Under the pieces are notes generated by a model that was not told the origin of the DNA, searched no databases, and saw nothing but the letters and a program-made list of their open reading frames with translations. From a virus: a stretch of DNA of 37,309 bases. The stretch lies in the IMG/VR virus record IMGVR_UViG_3300045988_171288; one strand, given 5' to 3'. Both the position numbers and the translations under genes were made by a program. Below, piece after piece: positions 14,134 to 24,059 of the stretch; position 1 is the stretch's first letter, and every line of letters begins with the position of its first letter.

Positions 14134-16593
14134 TTATTGCTCATTTTTTATAACTTTATAAAAAGTCTTATTTCTTTCTTCTTCATATCCTTTACGTTTA
14201 GCAGTTACAACATATTTAAACGTGAAATCTTTTCTATCTGATTCAACTATAAAATAATCTTTAGTTTGTTCTTTTATTCTATAATCTCCCCAGCCTTGTT
14301 TTATAACTTCTACTGTATAATTTAAATCTAAGTTAACACTTTCTTTAAATATATTATCTAATAAAATTACTCTTTCATAAGATCCTGTACTAGTTTCTTC
14401 TACTGTAAATACTTCCATACTTCTATCTGTTAGATAAGATTCACAATCTTCAACTGAATAATATAAAACATCACCATATTTTTCTGTTGATTGAACACAG
14501 TTTTTATTACCATTTACAGTAAAGTTTCCATTGATGTGTAAACCTAAATCTGATTGAATTGTATTCGCAGTAGTTGTATATAAAATATAATTATTTCCTT
14601 TCCAGAATGAGAATCCATTTGGAGAACAAGAGAAGTATTTTCTACCATTGCTACCAAAAAATGTTTCATCTTCTGATATTAAACTATATCTATTACTAGT
14701 TTTTGTATTATATAAATTTAATTCATTTTTATCAAGGAGTAGCCTATTATTAACAGAGTCCGTTTCTCTTATAATAAATTTATTTTTAAGTTTGATTACA
14801 AAATTATTGTTATCAGAGTTATATATTGAGTTTATATTATGTCCAAACCATAACTGGCTACCTTTAAATTCAGTTTCTTCAAATATAGTGATTGGAGCGG
14901 GTGTAATATTATCTATATTGTCTTTATCGAATCTCATATAACCATAAAAAGAATTATTTCTTTCATATGCAAGAGATAAGTAACTATTAGTTTTGTTAGC
15001 TACAACTATTCCAGGGATATTTTCATTACCGTTCATTCTTGATGAATAAACTTGTCCAATAACATCATCTCCATCCCAATTATAGAATTTCATAGTTGTT
15101 CCAGACAGTTCTATTGCATTTTTACCTTTATATTTAGTTATAATACCTTTTGAGCCACTAAGATCTATTTGTAAACTTCCATCTTTGTTTTGAATTAATA
15201 TAGCACTTAATACACCTGTTGAAACTAAACTTGCATTTATAACTCCATCTATTGTAAATCCATATTGATACGGTCCAGCATACCCCGTTTTAGAAAATCC
15301 TAATCCATTTTTATTTAATCTGATTACATTTCTTGCAGCATTTAAATCTTTATTATCTGCAACTATAATTTCATTTTGACGAGGTATAACATAACTATCA
15401 TTTACTCCAGCGTTGATCATAGATTGAATAACATCTTGTAAGTTATTGTTATTACTATTAGATATAATACTTTGTAACTCTGATAAAATATCACTTGTTG
15501 TTATAGATTTCTTAGATATATCAGTATTAGATAATTCTATCTCAAGAACCCTTTGTCTTAATACATCATATTTTCTTCTTATAACTCTTACATTTATATT
15601 TATATTATGTTTTTCTTCATAAACAGATACTGTGTCTCCTATATATACTCTTTCTGCTTGTATATATTCTTTATACTCTTCAGTTTGTTCTAAATATATA
15701 AAATTAATTCTATAACTTGCTTTTAACTCATCAATATGATTTTCAGCAAACTCTAATTTTGCTCTTCTTATTAATTCATCCTGTGCTTCTTTCAATGTGT
15801 CATATCCATCATCAGGGTTATTGTCACTTTTTAATTTTACATCATCATACTTAATTTCTTTTGTTTTTACTGAACTGTATTTATAAATTAAAGGACTATC
15901 AATATAAGAATCTATTGATATACCATCAAACCCAACAGGTTTTATTCTAGTAACTACATTATCTATATCTGTATTAGCTTCAAATCCACTTAGATTTTTC
16001 CTTGATCTTATTTCTACTCCTCTATTTTGACCGATCCTTTTATTTATAGTAAGATTATATCCTCTTCTTAATACTTCTCCACCCCATCTGTTTAAAAATG
16101 ATTGATCACAATCATGTATAGCTTTATACATACTCATTCTTTGATAATATGCAGTAGAAGAATTATTTATATCAGAAAATACTTCTATATCTTTTTTACC
16201 GATAGAATTATTTTTTAAATCTGTAAGAGCAGCTAGTCCACTTGTATTAGTTGGTCTTATATCTTCAATCCACATATCTAATGTTTCAGAGATAGTTATT
16301 TGTCTAGCAAAAACTATAACATCTCGTGTTCCTTTTGATATTTTTGCTATTCTAAATATTTCTTCACCATAATCTAGAGTTACTTTTAATATAAACTCCT
16401 CTACTATATTTTTATATAAGCCTTCTTTATCAACTTTAAATGTAGCATCAAGTACATAATCTCCATCTAAACCTTCATCTACTTCACATTTTATACATAT
16501 ATTATCTAATATAGTGTCACCATTTCCCATTAAGACTTGGCTAGGAGTGCAATTTTTATCAAATATACATATTTTAATTATTTTTTTATTCAA
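14134..16593 (-). CDS. Tail-associated lysin / prophage tail endopeptidase-type Tal
   Basis: 819 aa, placed directly after Dit and the tape measure. The N-terminal part resembles siphovirus Tal proteins. Confidence 0.7.
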   Translation of the reverse strand: MNKKIIKICIFDKNCTPSQVLMGNGDTILDNICIKCEVDEGLDGDYVLDATFKVDKEGLYKNIVEEFILKVTLDYGEEIFRIAKISKGTRDVIVFARQITISETLDMWIEDIRPTNTSGLAALTDLKNNSIGKKDIEVFSDINNSSTAYYQRMSMYKAIHDCDQSFLNRWGGEVLRRGYNLTINKRIGQNRGVEIRSRKNLSGFEANTDIDNVVTRIKPVGFDGISIDSYIDSPLIYKYSSVKTKEIKYDDVKLKSDNNPDDGYDTLKEAQDELIRRAKLEFAENHIDELKASYRINFIYLEQTEEYKEYIQAERVYIGDTVSVYEEKHNININVRVIRRKYDVLRQRVLEIELSNTDISKKSITTSDILSELQSIISNSNNNNLQDVIQSMINAGVNDSYVIPRQNEIIVADNKDLNAARNVIRLNKNGLGFSKTGYAGPYQYGFTIDGVINASLVSTGVLSAILIQNKDGSLQIDLSGSKGIITKYKGKNAIELSGTTMKFYNWDGDDVIGQVYSSRMNGNENIPGIVVANKTNSYLSLAYERNNSFYGYMRFDKDNIDNITPAPITIFEETEFKGSQLWFGHNINSIYNSDNNNFVIKLKNKFIIRETDSVNNRLLLDKNELNLYNTKTSNRYSLISEDETFFGSNGRKYFSCSPNGFSFWKGNNYILYTTTANTIQSDLGLHINGNFTVNGNKNCVQSTEKYGDVLYYSVEDCESYLTDRSMEVFTVEETSTGSYERVILLDNIFKESVNLDLNYTVEVIKQGWGDYRIKEQTKDYFIVESDRKDFTFKYVVTAKRKGYEEERNKTFYKVIKNEQ

Positions 16594-16601
16594 AGAATCA
16601 C

Positions 16602-17303
16602 CTATTTGTATGCTGTTCTTGGTAACATTTCAACTTTAGAAACATCACCTATCCAACTTATATTATTTTTTCCAAAACTAAGTAAAGGAAAATGGCCTAT
16701 CATATCTCTACTTTTACTAGTTTTATCCTTATTTCGGCATGATAAAAGCTTACTATCTAACTCAACATACTCATTAACATTGTTAATTTGCACTGTATCA
16801 TTATTTATAGTAAGCTGTATATTTCCATTTCCATAAATTTTTATTTTACACTCTCCAGGTACAGTTCCTTTATAGTAGAAATAATCTCTATTTTTTAATT
16901 TAATATAATTTTCTATAGCATACATAAATGGTTCACATGTGAAATCAATACTAAATTCTCCTAATAAATATAATCTATTTTGAATATCATTAACTTCTAT
17001 ATTCTTTATTATATAGTATCTATTGTGTCTTTCATAAAATAATTTATTATCTTTTATGTTCGTTATCCAATCAATTAAACCATCTATCTTATTAAATAGA
17101 TCTTCTTTACAGTTGCTTAATATTGCTAAGTCAAAGTGTAACAACTTGTCTGGATATGTTCCTTTTTTTATTATTAATGATCCGCTTCTTCCTTCAACTT
17201 CAATTTTTTCATAACTTTCATTATTTATTGATATATTCGGGCCTTTAATTATAGCGATACTTTTATCTATATTATTATTGTGATTAAAGCTAAGTGTTCT
17301 CAT
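16602..17303 (-). CDS. Distal tail protein (Dit)
   Basis: 233 aa, immediately downstream of the tape measure. Call is based on position and size. Confidence 0.7.
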   Translation of the reverse strand: MRTLSFNHNNNIDKSIAIIKGPNISINNESYEKIEVEGRSGSLIIKKGTYPDKLLHFDLAILSNCKEDLFNKIDGLIDWITNIKDNKLFYERHNRYYIIKNIEVNDIQNRLYLLGEFSIDFTCEPFMYAIENYIKLKNRDYFYYKGTVPGECKIKIYGNGNIQLTINNDTVQINNVNEYVELDSKLLSCRNKDKTSKSRDMIGHFPLLSFGKNNISWIGDVSKVEMLPRTAYK

Positions 17304-17305
17304 TA

Positions 17306-20300
17306 TTATGGAATAACTCTCCTTCCTAAGCTATAGTTAGTAAATTCATCTTGATACGGTGCTATAGTTCTAGTTAACTCTCGACCATCCATTATAACTT
17401 TAGGATTATCTAAATTTGTTTGTATGATAGCACTTTTAAATGACTCTGTAATAAGATTATAGTCTATAGCAAAATTAGCCATTTCTTCTTTTATATATGT
17501 TCTTAAATTTGATATAGGTAGAATTGCTTCAGGTCCTGCTTCTCCTCCAACCATAGCATTATTACCATTTAGACCAAACATAGTAGGTCTTGTCATTATA
17601 CCACCATTTTTATACCATTCTATACCAAAATTTGGAACACTCGGTGGGTTAAGACTAAATCCACCTCTTATTTTAAAATGTGGCATTTTTATTTTTGGTA
17701 ATTCCCATTTAAAGTTAAACAAATCTTTGAGTTTATCAACACCTTTTTTAACAACATCTTTTATAGTTTCCCATTTTTCAGTAGTATTAGTTTTTATTTC
17801 ATCCCATTTATTAGAAATTGTGCTTTTTATACTTCCAAATCTACTAGAAGCCTCTATTTTAATATTATTCCATTTATCAGATAAATTAGTTTTAATATTA
17901 TCCCACTTTTCAGTAGCATTAATTTTCATCTCATTCCATTTATCAGAAATTGAGTTTTTTATTAGATTAAATTTTTCAGTAGCACTATTTTTAACTTCAT
18001 TCCATTTAGTACTTAAATTATCTTTAATTTCATTCCATTTTATAGAAGCAGTATCTTTTATATTATTCCAGGTATCACTAAAAAATGTTATCATTGGTCC
18101 AAATATTTCACTTAATTTAGAACTTATTTCATTCCATTTATCAGATAACCATTGTTTTATAAAATCCCAAACTTCTATAACAATATCCTTGCAATTTTCC
18201 CAAATAAATTTATATGGTAAAGTTATTATATCAAATGCAAAACTTAAAATTTCGCCAATTAATAAAATTCCTACTTCTACAAAATTGCATATATTATCCC
18301 ATGCTTCTTTAGTCCATTGACATATTGAGTTCCAACCATCACTAAACCATGTTTTTAAACTTTCAAACCATGACGGGATTGTTTCTGTAAAGAAACTAAC
18401 AATTAAATTCCATGAGTCTATAAAAAACGTCTTTATATTCTCCCATAAACCAATCCAAAAATTACGAAAATCATCTGAAGTAGTCCATAAAGTAATAAAT
18501 GCAGCTACTAACCCAGCTATAGCCATTACAACAAGTCCTATTGGATTAGAAATTAATTCTAAGTTTAAAAGACTTTGAGCTATTGTGGCCGCCTCATTAG
18601 CTGTTTTAAATGCTTTTATAGCACCTACTAATCCAGTTATTGTATTTATAACTTTCCATGTAACAAATGCTGCTCCTATACCAGATATTAAAGAAAGAAT
18701 TGTAGGACCATTATTAACTACAAAACTCACAAATTCACCTATTTTTTCTGCAATTTGACTAACAATATCTTTTATAGCTGGAGCATTATTTTGAACATAT
18801 GTAATAGCCTCTTCAACTACAGGTTTTAATTCTTCACCTAATGGCTCTGCTATATCAACTTTAATAGTTCGTCCTAATCCTTCTAAAGCCGAACCTATAT
18901 TATCATATTTTTGATTGTTTATATCTTCTAACGCTGAGCTAGTCTTATTAATCTCACCTTGTATATCCATAAGTGACTTAATACCTTCTGCTCCTAAATC
19001 TTCCCACATTGTACCAAATAATTCTATTCCAAGAAGATTTTGCTTAACAGGATCATTCATATTAAATAAAGCTTGTGTTATATCGTTTAATGCATTTTTA
19101 GCTGATTCTCCACCTTCTCCAAACTTTTTAGTTGTTTCATCTACATCAAATCCAAGTTCCTTAAATGCATTTTCTGCTGTTCCATCTTTAACTCTTATTC
19201 CAAATTCTTTTACTGCATCTCCTAATTTATCTACTGAAAATGTTCCATTTTTTGCACCATTTACAAGCATATTAAACATTTCTTCTGAATCAATGCCAAG
19301 CTGTTTAAAATGAACAGAATACTCATTTATAGTATCCAATAAATCTCCATTTTTATCTAATCCAGCCTGAGCACCTTGAACTATTAAATTATATGCTTCT
19401 TCTGAAGAGACTCCAAATTGATCCATTAACATTTTAGCTGTTCTAGTTGATTCATTGACTTCAAATTCAAATGTATCTCTTAATAATAATGCTCTCTCTG
19501 TAGCTTTTTCAAGCTCTGTTCCAGCTAAATTAGTATTTATTTTAACTGTTGCCATACTTTGAGCTACATCTTCAATAGACTCTCCAAAATTATTTTTATA
19601 TACATTTTCCATTGATGTATTTAAACTATCAAATTCCTCTTTACTTGCACCAGTTTTAGTTATTAATGTATTAAATGCTTTGTCAAAATCATCTGATAAT
19701 TTTACAGCATATGTAGCTCCTGCTAGTGTTGCTGCTCCAATCGCAAAAATACTAGTTCCAATATTTTTTGCAGTTTCTTTCAACTCTTCTTTTTGTTTTT
19801 CAATTTCTTCAGTTGCTTGTTTTACAGCTTCTGCATGTCTTTTTTGTTCTTCTTGAGCATTTTTTAAAGCTTCCTTTTCAGCTTCAAGTGCATTTTTTTG
19901 TTCTTTTAAAGCTTTTTCAAGTTTTTCAGCTTCTTGTTTTGCTACACCGTTGTTGTCACCAAACTCTTTTAAGTTTCTTGTAGCTACATCTAGTGTAGAT
20001 TTAATTGTATTTAATTCATTTTCAGTTTTAACAATTTCTCTTTGAAAAGCTCTATATTGCTCCTCTGCTATCTCACCTTTTTCAAATTGAGCTTGAACTT
20101 GTACTTGAGCATTTTTTAAAGCTTTTAATTTTTCTTCTGTTGTCTCTACTGACTTACTTAAAATAGTTTGTTTTTGTGCTAGTAGCTCTGTATTAGTAGG
20201 ATCAAACTTTAAAAGTCTTTCTATCTGTCTAAGTTCTACTTGCAAGGATCTACTTCTTTTATTTACATCTTCAAGAGCCTTATCTAGCGGTCCAGTATTA

Positions 20301-20341
20301 CCTCCTATCTCTACAGTAATACCTTTAATTCCCTTAGCCAT
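17306..20341 (-). CDS. Tape measure protein
   Basis: 1011 aa with N-terminal coiled coil, central TM segments and C-terminal KWNEIK-type tandem repeats. Confidence 0.9.
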   Translation of the reverse strand: MAKGIKGITVEIGGNTGPLDKALEDVNKRSRSLQVELRQIERLLKFDPTNTELLAQKQTILSKSVETTEEKLKALKNAQVQVQAQFEKGEIAEEQYRAFQREIVKTENELNTIKSTLDVATRNLKEFGDNNGVAKQEAEKLEKALKEQKNALEAEKEALKNAQEEQKRHAEAVKQATEEIEKQKEELKETAKNIGTSIFAIGAATLAGATYAVKLSDDFDKAFNTLITKTGASKEEFDSLNTSMENVYKNNFGESIEDVAQSMATVKINTNLAGTELEKATERALLLRDTFEFEVNESTRTAKMLMDQFGVSSEEAYNLIVQGAQAGLDKNGDLLDTINEYSVHFKQLGIDSEEMFNMLVNGAKNGTFSVDKLGDAVKEFGIRVKDGTAENAFKELGFDVDETTKKFGEGGESAKNALNDITQALFNMNDPVKQNLLGIELFGTMWEDLGAEGIKSLMDIQGEINKTSSALEDINNQKYDNIGSALEGLGRTIKVDIAEPLGEELKPVVEEAITYVQNNAPAIKDIVSQIAEKIGEFVSFVVNNGPTILSLISGIGAAFVTWKVINTITGLVGAIKAFKTANEAATIAQSLLNLELISNPIGLVVMAIAGLVAAFITLWTTSDDFRNFWIGLWENIKTFFIDSWNLIVSFFTETIPSWFESLKTWFSDGWNSICQWTKEAWDNICNFVEVGILLIGEILSFAFDIITLPYKFIWENCKDIVIEVWDFIKQWLSDKWNEISSKLSEIFGPMITFFSDTWNNIKDTASIKWNEIKDNLSTKWNEVKNSATEKFNLIKNSISDKWNEMKINATEKWDNIKTNLSDKWNNIKIEASSRFGSIKSTISNKWDEIKTNTTEKWETIKDVVKKGVDKLKDLFNFKWELPKIKMPHFKIRGGFSLNPPSVPNFGIEWYKNGGIMTRPTMFGLNGNNAMVGGEAGPEAILPISNLRTYIKEEMANFAIDYNLITESFKSAIIQTNLDNPKVIMDGRELTRTIAPYQDEFTNYSLGRRVIP

Positions 20342-20618
20342 TGCCTCCTCCTTTCTTAAATCGTCTTAATCCTTCACGATCTGGAGTAGTTTGTTCTAAT
20401 CTGTAAGCATTTTCTAAGTACTCTCTTCCATGCTCTGTTTGACTTTGCTTATATATAAATGCATCTCTCTTTAATTGTAAGTAATCTATATAATCTAACC
20501 CTTCTATTTCAAGCATATTTAAACCTGTATACTCAAATACTAAATGTTCCCAAAAGGTTATAATGTCATAACTTAATCCCTTATCATCAATTGGATAATA
20601 AGGGATTTTTAGTTTTTT
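20334..20618 (-). CDS. gpT-like extension reached by -1 frameshift from the chaperone ORF
   Basis: The -1 frame is open from the heptamer (plus 20612-20618) to 20334 and reads KKLKIPYYPIDDKGL..MLEIEGLDYI.. Confidence 0.65.
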   Translation of the reverse strand, partial: KKLKIPYYPIDDKGLSYDIITFWEHLVFEYTGLNMLEIEGLDYIDYLQLKRDAFIYKQSQTEHGREYLENAYRLEQTTPDREGLRRFKKGGGNG

Positions 20619-20950
20619 TCAATGATTTGATTATTTACAAATTTAAAATATTCCTCCAGTAAAATATTTATATCTTCAATATCAAAGATATCTTCTACCA
20701 TTTCTTTAGATATTTTTACTTTATTAAGATTTCTACTTAATATTTCAGAACATACATAATAAATATCGTCTATTGGATCTATTTCATTACTTGACGATTC
20801 ACTTGATTTATGTATTTCTATCAAATTATCCATTATTCTTTTCGTAGGGTTTAATAATATTAATGTTGTATTATTACTATCATTTAAAGTTACTGTAAAT
20901 TTTTTTTTATTTATATTATTAAAATTTAAAGCCATTATTCTTTCCTCCAT
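20609..20950 (-). CDS. Tail assembly chaperone (gpG-like)
   Basis: Lies between the major tail and tape measure genes. Ends at the slippery site A_AAA_AAC. Confidence 0.75.
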   Translation of the reverse strand: MEERIMALNFNNINKKKFTVTLNDSNNTTLILLNPTKRIMDNLIEIHKSSESSSNEIDPIDDIYYVCSEILSRNLNKVKISKEMVEDIFDIEDINILLEEYFKFVNNQIIEKN

Positions 20951-20954
20951 ATAA

Positions 20955-20982
20955 AAAAGTGAGGCTAAAATTCCTCACTTTT
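20955..20982 (-). terminator. Hairpin after the major tail protein gene (attenuator)
   Basis: AAAAGTGAGG / CCTCACTTTT 10-bp stem. Confidence 0.55.
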
Positions 20983-21024
20983 ATTCTTCTTATTTTATTA
21001 TATTTAACCTTTTTATTATGAAAA

Positions 21025-21564
21025 TTATGCTAATGAATCATCTGTTTCTTGATATCTTATTAATGTCCCATCTTGATCTTGAGGTAGAGCCTTAAATTCT
21101 GCATCAATAACAGTTTCTTTATCTTTTGCAAATGCTAATGAAAAACCAGCTTGATTTTTACCTATTATTGTAATTCTTATATCTCCATCTATAGGATCTC
21201 TATGTACAAAATGAATTATATAAGATTTTCCATTTGCATTTTTAGTTCCACCTATTTTAACTGTACGAATCTTTTTAGAAGTATCTTCACTTACTCTTCC
21301 TGTTTCACATAATGCAGCTAAAGTTTTCCCATTGAATGTTAGTATTCCTGTTTTTAATATAACTTCTTCTTCTGTTATTATACTTTTAACTACTATTCCC
21401 AGATCATCTTTTGCTTCATATATTGTAGGTTTATATTCTAGAGTAGCACCACCACTTATATATCCAAGTCTATTATTTTCTGTTTCAATAGCACTATTTT
21501 CAGGTATTGATCCAGAAAATTCTTTATAGTATAAATTTCCGCTGCCTAAAGTTATTTTTGACAT
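21025..21564 (-). CDS. Major tail protein
   Basis: 179 aa. Position upstream of the chaperone pair. Confidence 0.75.
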   Translation of the reverse strand: MSKITLGSGNLYYKEFSGSIPENSAIETENNRLGYISGGATLEYKPTIYEAKDDLGIVVKSIITEEEVILKTGILTFNGKTLAALCETGRVSEDTSKKIRTVKIGGTKNANGKSYIIHFVHRDPIDGDIRITIIGKNQAGFSLAFAKDKETVIDAEFKALPQDQDGTLIRYQETDDSLA

Positions 21565-21574
21565 ATATATCCTC

Positions 21575-21922
21575 CTATTTTTTATTTACTGCTTGTTTTG
21601 TTATTAATTCAAATTCATAAGAAATTTTAAAATGTTCTTTTTCATCTATCCATTCTACTTCTTTTGTATAATCAGCTAAAAATGTATTTATTGCAAACTC
21701 TACATCTTCAATATGCTTTGAATCATCCTCTAAATTTGATACATAGAGCTCTACAAGTACACTATGCTCTTTTAATAAAATATTGTTATGTATAAATCTA
21801 TTATCTGAACATTTTATAGTCTGATTGTCATAAAAAACTATATAAGGTAAAGAAGGTGGCTTTAAAAACCTTACTTCTTTTGTTTTTATCCCTGTAGATG
21901 ATAATATTTTTTTAATGTCCAT
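21575..21922 (-). CDS. Tail completion / head-tail joining protein
   Basis: Position within the connector module. Confidence 0.55.
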   Translation of the reverse strand: MDIKKILSSTGIKTKEVRFLKPPSLPYIVFYDNQTIKCSDNRFIHNNILLKEHSVLVELYVSNLEDDSKHIEDVEFAINTFLADYTKEVEWIDEKEHFKISYEFELITKQAVNKK

Positions 21923-22313
21923 TTTTTATCGCCTCTTCAACTTTCTTTTCAAATCTTTTTACAGCTATTTCTTCATTTTTAGAAATATGATTATCTCCTC
22001 TAACAAAAGTCCCTTTTTTACTTGCATGTCCATTATTTAATAGATGTGCTAATCTATATTCTGGTTTTTTTACATACCAAATTTTTATAAATTTATTATC
22101 TTTATTTATAAGAATTTTGCTAGATATTGATCTTTTATACTTTCCTTTTCTTCTTCCAACTTTTGCATCTTTTTTTGTACTTTTTACAAGTTCTGACATA
22201 ACGTCATCTGTAACTTTTACTAAATCATTATGTAAATTAACTCTATAAGATTTAAGTTCTTTTTCTATTGCTTTTGATAAATTATTTATTGTCGTATATC
22301 CACTTTTAGCCAT
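21912..22313 (-). CDS. HK97 gp10-like tail component
   Basis: Size, position and N-terminal pattern. Confidence 0.6.
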   Translation of the reverse strand: MAKSGYTTINNLSKAIEKELKSYRVNLHNDLVKVTDDVMSELVKSTKKDAKVGRRKGKYKRSISSKILINKDNKFIKIWYVKKPEYRLAHLLNNGHASKKGTFVRGDNHISKNEEIAVKRFEKKVEEAIKNGH

Positions 22314-22612
22314 TAGTATACTCCTATTAGCTTAATAGTCTGATTTTTTAACATATAGTTATCATAATCTTGTATATCGTATTTAATCCCATCATAGATA
22401 ATTCTATATAACTGTGTATTCAATGATATATCTTTTAATTTAGAAAAATATCTAACTATAAACTCTAACTCTTGACTAATTTGAACTGCTCCAGAATCCA
22501 TATATTCTGAACCCTTAGATTTATTTATTCTAGCCTTAAGTGATGCAAACTCAGAATATTTTTCTGTTTCTTCATCCATTTTTTCAATTACTATAGGCTT
22601 ATCAAACACCAT
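22313..22612 (-). CDS. Head closure protein
   Basis: 99 aa. Position after the gp6-like connector. Confidence 0.6.
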   Translation of the reverse strand: MVFDKPIVIEKMDEETEKYSEFASLKARINKSKGSEYMDSGAVQISQELEFIVRYFSKLKDISLNTQLYRIIYDGIKYDIQDYDNYMLKNQTIKLIGVY

Positions 22613-22898
22613 TTTTATTATTTTTCCTCATTTCTAATTTAATTTGAAGCGAAAAATCAGTAACTAATCTACGTACATTACCACTTACTTTATCGTGTAA
22701 ATCTCTATTATCATATAAATCTGATATAATAATTAACGCTAATTCTTTTACTCTATCATCTTCCTTCGGAAATCCAGGACCTAATGATCCTTCAAGAGTT
22801 TTTTCAGAGACTTTAATCAAATGATTAAGTCTCCTATTTACAGCTTCATCATCAAACTCTATACCTAAATAATCTTTAACATCTTGAATTGTAATCAT
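22602..22898 (-). CDS. gp6-like head-tail connector
   Basis: N-terminal DVKDYLGIEFDDEA pattern. Position after the capsid gene. Confidence 0.65.
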   Translation of the reverse strand: MITIQDVKDYLGIEFDDEAVNRRLNHLIKVSEKTLEGSLGPGFPKEDDRVKELALIIISDLYDNRDLHDKVSGNVRRLVTDFSLQIKLEMRKNNKNGV

Positions 22899-22910
22899 AA
22901 TTTATACCTA

Positions 22911-24056
22911 CTAAGATACTGTGATAAATCCATTTACAATTGAATCTTTGTCTTTAACTTTATAATCATCTCTTACAATTGCTCTTAATATAGTCATATT
23001 TTTAGAAAATGCATTGAAAGTTCCTATAGTTGCAACATTTGAAGCCATTATGCTAACTTGTTGACGTTCAAATTTTTTAGCATAATCATATAAATTACCT
23101 ATAATAAAAGGTATTTTTTTATTAGTTGTTGCAAATACTTTGTTAGGTATAACTTTAATAGGTAATACAGTAGCTCCACATCTTAATTGTAATTTTAATG
23201 GAGAAGTCGGATCTGGATTTAATAAAGGTCTACCAGTAGCATCTTTTAATGTATCTAAATAATTTAATCCATCATCATTAGTATATATTTTAGCACCATT
23301 TTTATAGGCTTGGCCTAACGTAACATTAAGTGCTTTTTTTATACCATCTATATCGGTTAATTCAACTGCACTTTTAATTGCTACTAACTCTAATATTTTT
23401 TTATTAGATGTTGCAACATCTGCTTTTCCTAACCATTTCGTTACTACATCAACAATATTTGCATCACTATCACTTATTAAGTCATTTGAAACTGGCATAA
23501 ATCCTGCTCTATCTTGAATAGTATATGCTAATCTCTCAAACTTAGGTGCTTCAATTTCTTTAGTTATTTCTCCATTCTCATCTATGTCAACAAAAGTATT
23601 AACATCAGATTTCTTTTGATAAGTTCTAGCTCCCTTATTTGTTGTTACAGATTCGATATCTATATCCTGTAATAAAGAATACTCAGCATCTTTATAGTAT
23701 TGTATTTTAGTCATAATATCTTCTGGTACTGTGTATCCTCCATCTGCATCTACTCCTTCAACTAACCCTTTCCCTCTTATAAATGATCTTGTAGCATCCG
23801 CAAACTCTTTTTCAGAATCTTTTGATTTGCTTTCTTTATTTTTATTCTCTAATTCATTATCTGTAGGTGTATTATTATTTTTTTCTGATTCATATACTCT
23901 TTTTTCTAAATTAAATTCCTTTTGTAATTCATCAACTTCATTTAATAAAGACTCTGCTTTTACTAAATCCTTATTTTCTCCTTCTTCCATAAACCCTTTT
24001 GCCATCAATGTTTTTTGTTCTATTCTGTTATATAGTTCTCTCATTTTCTTATTCAT
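22911..24056 (-). CDS. Major capsid protein, HK97 fold
   Basis: 381 aa with an N-terminal coiled-coil delta-like region. Position after the protease. Confidence 0.85.
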   Translation of the reverse strand: MNKKMRELYNRIEQKTLMAKGFMEEGENKDLVKAESLLNEVDELQKEFNLEKRVYESEKNNNTPTDNELENKNKESKSKDSEKEFADATRSFIRGKGLVEGVDADGGYTVPEDIMTKIQYYKDAEYSLLQDIDIESVTTNKGARTYQKKSDVNTFVDIDENGEITKEIEAPKFERLAYTIQDRAGFMPVSNDLISDSDANIVDVVTKWLGKADVATSNKKILELVAIKSAVELTDIDGIKKALNVTLGQAYKNGAKIYTNDDGLNYLDTLKDATGRPLLNPDPTSPLKLQLRCGATVLPIKVIPNKVFATTNKKIPFIIGNLYDYAKKFERQQVSIMASNVATIGTFNAFSKNMTILRAIVRDDYKVKDKDSIVNGFITVS

Positions 24057-24059
24057 AAC

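Noticed and set aside
17345-17360. Exact pC194-type nick motif TCTTGATAC inside the tape measure 3' end
   Set aside because: This is a single short match within coding sequence, with no flanking hairpin or proximity to the Rep gene. It is most likely chance.
17727-18320. 197-aa plus-strand ORF and similar plus-strand ORFs inside the late genes (8409-9581, 14648-14941, 16537-16836, 18915-19313, 19768-19983, 23731-24189, 26149-27066, 28026-28265, 29644-29895)
   Set aside because: All lie antisense within long, well-supported minus-strand genes. Their Leu/Phe/Ser/Ile-rich low-complexity translations are what is expected from the complement of Lys/Glu/Asn-rich AT-rich coding sequence, and they lack RBS signals.
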